Assembly: GCF_030144855.1 (NCBI RefSeq)
Contig: NC_082738.1
Location: 23,312,001-23,376,000, forward strand
Source: Hypanus sabinus
Taxonomy: Eukaryota
DNA length: 64,000 bases
Direction of reading: 5' to 3'
The position numbers and the translations under genes were made by a program. Below the pieces are notes generated by a model that searched no databases, was not told the origin of the DNA, and saw only the letters and a program-made list of their open reading frames with translations. Within the stretch, counting starts at the first letter, position 1. Each line of letters starts with the position of its first letter. Positions 63,150 to 64,000 of this stretch are shown here, in pieces.

Positions 63150-63985
63150 TTGTCCCAGTTTTTACCCAAGTTGGCAGAACTGGTCCCCAACCTCAACACT
63201 TTCTCCTTCTACTCCTCCCACTTCCTCCAAGCTCAAGAGGAAGCCATGGGCACCTGGATGGGCCCCAGCTGTGCTTGTCTTTTCATTGGCTACATAGAAC
63301 AGTCTATGTTCTAAGGCTTCGCTGATGATGTTCCCCAACTGTTTCTGCACTACACTGACAACTGCATTGGTGCTGCTTCATGCACCCATGATGAGCTTTG
63401 TCAATTTAATCAACTTTGCCTCCAACTTCCACCCTGCTCTTAAATTCACTTGGCCCATTTCTGACACCTCTCCCCCTTTCTTGATCCCTCTGTCTCCATC
63501 TCTGGCAATATACTGTCTACCGACACCTTTCATAAACCTACCAATTCCCTATCTCCTGTAAAGATGCTATTCACTTTTCTCAGTTTCTTTAGTCTCTGCT
63601 GCATCTGTTCCCAGGATGAGGATTTCCTTTCCAGACCATCAGAGATGTCTTCCTCCTTTAAAGAACAGAGTTTCCCTTCCTCCACCATTGATTCTGCCCT
63701 CATGCACATCTCCTCCATTTCCCAGGCAACCGTGCTCACCTCATCTTCCCGCAGCCTTAATAGTGATAGCTCTCCACTTTCTGCAAGGATCGCTCCCCCC
63801 TTGATTCTCTGGTCATTCATCCCTCCCCACTAATCTCCCTTTTGGCACGTATCCCTGCAAGTGACAGAAATGCTACACCTACTCATTCACCTTTTCATTT
63901 ACCTCCATTCAGGGGCCCAAACATTACTTCCAGGTGAGACAACACTTCACCTATGAATCTGTTGGGGCTGTCTAACGTATGTGTA
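63150..63985 (+). mobile_element. Penelope RT and GIY-YIG fragment
   Basis: LAELV..NTFSF.SSHFLQ..AMGTWMGPSCACLFIGYIEQSMF, INFASNFHPALKFTWPISD, ICSQDEDF, FQVRQHFT. Confidence 0.9.
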
Positions 63986-64000
63986 AATTGGAGGGCCGCC

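Overview
AT-rich, repeat-dense vertebrate genomic DNA. The repeat set (HE1 and SacSINE1-like SINEs, CR1, Rex-Babar, Penelope) points to a cartilaginous fish, probably a ray; this is inference. The only host coding sequence I recognise is one 150-nt, phase-0 internal exon of SPRYD3 on the + strand (10849-10998). I found no neighbouring exon, so the rest of the window appears intronic (over 10 kb upstream, over 53 kb downstream). It is filled with decayed and often nested mobile elements: a long 5'-truncated CR1, many CR1, Rex-Babar, RTE and L2 fragments, Penelope-like elements, two solo LTRs with target-site duplications (TSDs), a Tigger4/Zombi-like pogo transposon, Tc1 remnants and SINEs. Four observations stand out. 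(1) The abundant Penelope terminal repeat carries a minimal type-I hammerhead ribozyme in about 10 copies, two with intact catalytic boxes, and it also forms fold-back hairpins. (2) A sense-oriented solo LTR has a TATA box and a consensus splice donor upstream of the SPRYD3 exon, which has an in-frame strong-Kozak ATG. (3) A pogo element closely resembles mammalian Tigger4. (4) Several multi-layer insertion nests have readable TSDs. All family assignments come from motif recognition by eye, with no database searches, and boundaries of decayed elements are approximate.
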